A stretch of 63,112 nucleotides of DNA, filler included, from Perkinsus chesapeaki ATCC PRA-425 (Eukaryota; Protista; Perkinsozoa), in NCBI GenBank assembly GCA_013115145.1. It is 7 parts of 7 records of this genome, joined end to end, with 100 filler letters (N's around TTAATTAATTAA, not from the genome) between each part and the next. Parts side by side here need not be neighbours in the genome. Positions count along the whole stretch, not along the records: positions 61,341 to 63,112 come from JAAPAO010001791.1; 6 more parts are not named here. One strand, written 5' to 3'. This document shows, one piece after another, positions 61,500 to 63,112 of this stretch. The notes below the pieces were generated by a model that ran no database searches, was not told the DNA's origin, and was given only the letters and a program-made list of their open reading frames with translations. A program made the position numbers and the translations under genes. Each line of letters starts with the position of its first letter. Within the stretch, counting starts at the first letter, position 1.

Positions 61500-63112
61500 G
61501 CCTTATCCTCGCCTCGATGTCCACCAAGAAGGGAACTTGACCGATACTGGAATGAACTCCTCCGAAGGGAGTTGGGACAGTGGCCCTCTTGAAGGTAGAT
61601 CTGCGGGGTTCAAGGCCGAGGGTACATGCGCCACAAAAACGTGGAATATGTTCAACTCCGAGAGCCTCAACCAGAAATCTGAGACTGCCTGACCGAGCGA
61701 GGTGGAGCTGCTGGAGCCTCTGAATATGAGGGACTCTCAAGTCGTGTTGTCTGTAAAGAGCAGAACCGGTCTGTTCCCAACCCAAAACCTGAAGGACTCT
61801 AGTGCACTGGCCGCTGCTACGAGCTCCAGCAAATTGAGATGATGCTGGCTCTTCCCCAGCTTCGAGGATCCCTGCAGTTTGGGCATGTCGAATTGTGGTG
61901 GTGCCCCAAAGTAGGTTTCGCTTGTAATTAGCCGAGGTGAAGAGTTGGAGTAGTAACGTCGGAGCGTGGTTGATGAGCGTCTGGTCGATGCTGAGGCCCA
62001 ATGATTTGCGCGTGATCAGACGGGCTGGGGCCCTGCCAAGTCTTCCAAAGAACGCTTCGCACGCGAAGTTCAGGCGGCCTGAGAATTTGGAGTCGATAAT
62101 AGTTTGCTTGTTCATGGCCATTTTAAGGTCTTGTATAAGACGGTCTTTTCGGGTTGGGGTCAGAGAAACTTCACACACGCCGTTGACCAAATTGACTCGT
62201 AGTCCGAGTAGGTCGTTCTCCCCGGCCGGCATGATGGGCATGGTGCTTAATCCTCGCACCGGTGATGTCATTAATGAGGTGGAATAGTTCCATGGCGGAC
62301 TGGATGCACTCTTGTTTTTCTATGGGAAAGAAATCATCCATATAGGCGAAGAAGTTGCAGAGTCCCAAGCACCTCACCAAATGGCAGTGAAACTCTGATA
62401 TGCGCAAATATGCGCTGATACTTCCAATGGCTCCGAAGGGGCACACCCTGGGCATTGTTACCATGGTTTTTCCGTCAATGGTGCGGTACATTCCTGCTGC
62501 CCTCTCCGCGTCCTTGCAGAGGATCGGAAGTTGTCTGAATGCCGCTTGACGGTCTATGCGGGCCAGTTGCATAGGGCCTGTTGGAGACTGTAGTTCCGAC
62601 ATTAGGCACGCCACGCGCGCCGGTCTTGGCATTTGCACTTTATGAAGTGTGCTCGTGGCCTGATTGAAAGTCTTACCGGCTACTTTGAAAGAGTAGTTTG
62701 GTATTAATCCGGACCTTGTCTCCTTGATCCACACCAAATAGGGGTGACACAAACTTGATGAAATCCGGGGTGCCATTGATGTGGTAGTGGCTGACCGATC
62801 TGCCGCTTTCCGTTTCTGATAGTATATCTTCCTCCACGGCTGCTAGCAGACGCTCTTCGTCACCGGTCTCACAGAGATAGTTCTGTACTTTCTCGAGGTG
62901 AGATTGATCAGCGACTAGGTCTTCTGGTGACAACCGAGCTCTTCTGGGCTTCTTTAGAGGCGGCAATAGGCCCCCGCTGCTTACTGTTCCCGTTATGGGG
63001 AAGCCGGGCGATAGATGCTGCACAAGGTCCACGTCGCGATGGTTGGTGAGCTCCATCAAGGCGCTGATGTGGTGTAATTTCCAGTGGGGTGCCGCTGTGT
63101 GGACTTGTGTTG
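61500..63112 (-). mobile_element. Decayed DIRS/Ngaro-like retroelement pol (RT + RNase H), cut by window end
   Basis: RT: SPLFGVDQGDKVR, RIDRQAAFRQLPI, CPFGAIGSISAY, AYMDDFF; connector KDRLIQDL...SGRLNFACEAFFGRLGRA; RNase H in another frame: HLNLLELVAAASAL...LLFTDNTT*...FWLRL...HVPSALNPADLPSR. At least three frame changes and one stop. Confidence 0.88.

Overview
Eukaryotic nuclear DNA, not one continuous locus. Six artificial 100-bp linkers (N44-TTAATTAATTAA-N44/45) join seven contigs, and four further N gaps each sit inside a minisatellite. The nuclear-encoded ATP synthase subunit c with an apicomplexan-type C-terminus, short GT-AG introns, tandem POT transporters and a dinoflagellate-style DIRS/Ngaro-like RT point to a myzozoan alveolate, most plausibly Perkinsus (inference). 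Three contigs (3279-19908, 20009-28559, 28660-48638) are very AT-rich, gene-dense and full of ~40-65 nt introns. They carry RPSA, atp9, a MIF4G protein, an exostosin-like/GT31 glycosyltransferase, a J-domain/SAP protein, a PAN-Stealth protein, a sulfurtransferase, GDPD, SDF2, a GYF_2 protein, cyclophilin, RRP42, SART1, an intronless CD36-family receptor, an ABCB transporter and an EEP/sphingomyelinase-like enzyme. The other four contigs are of moderate GC: POT transporters, BRCT- and CCDC174-like exons, a small secreted Arg-rich peptide, and a decayed RT-RNase H retroelement. The best-supported unusual features are three non-autonomous elements, each inserted in a tiny intron: a 1129-bp TA-flanked long-TIR element with an internal 8x44-bp array, a 365-bp TA-flanked MITE, and a 392-bp Helitron-like element carrying a tRNA 3' half plus a Pol III terminator. 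Exon boundaries were read by eye and no database searches were run, so product names rest on motif recognition.
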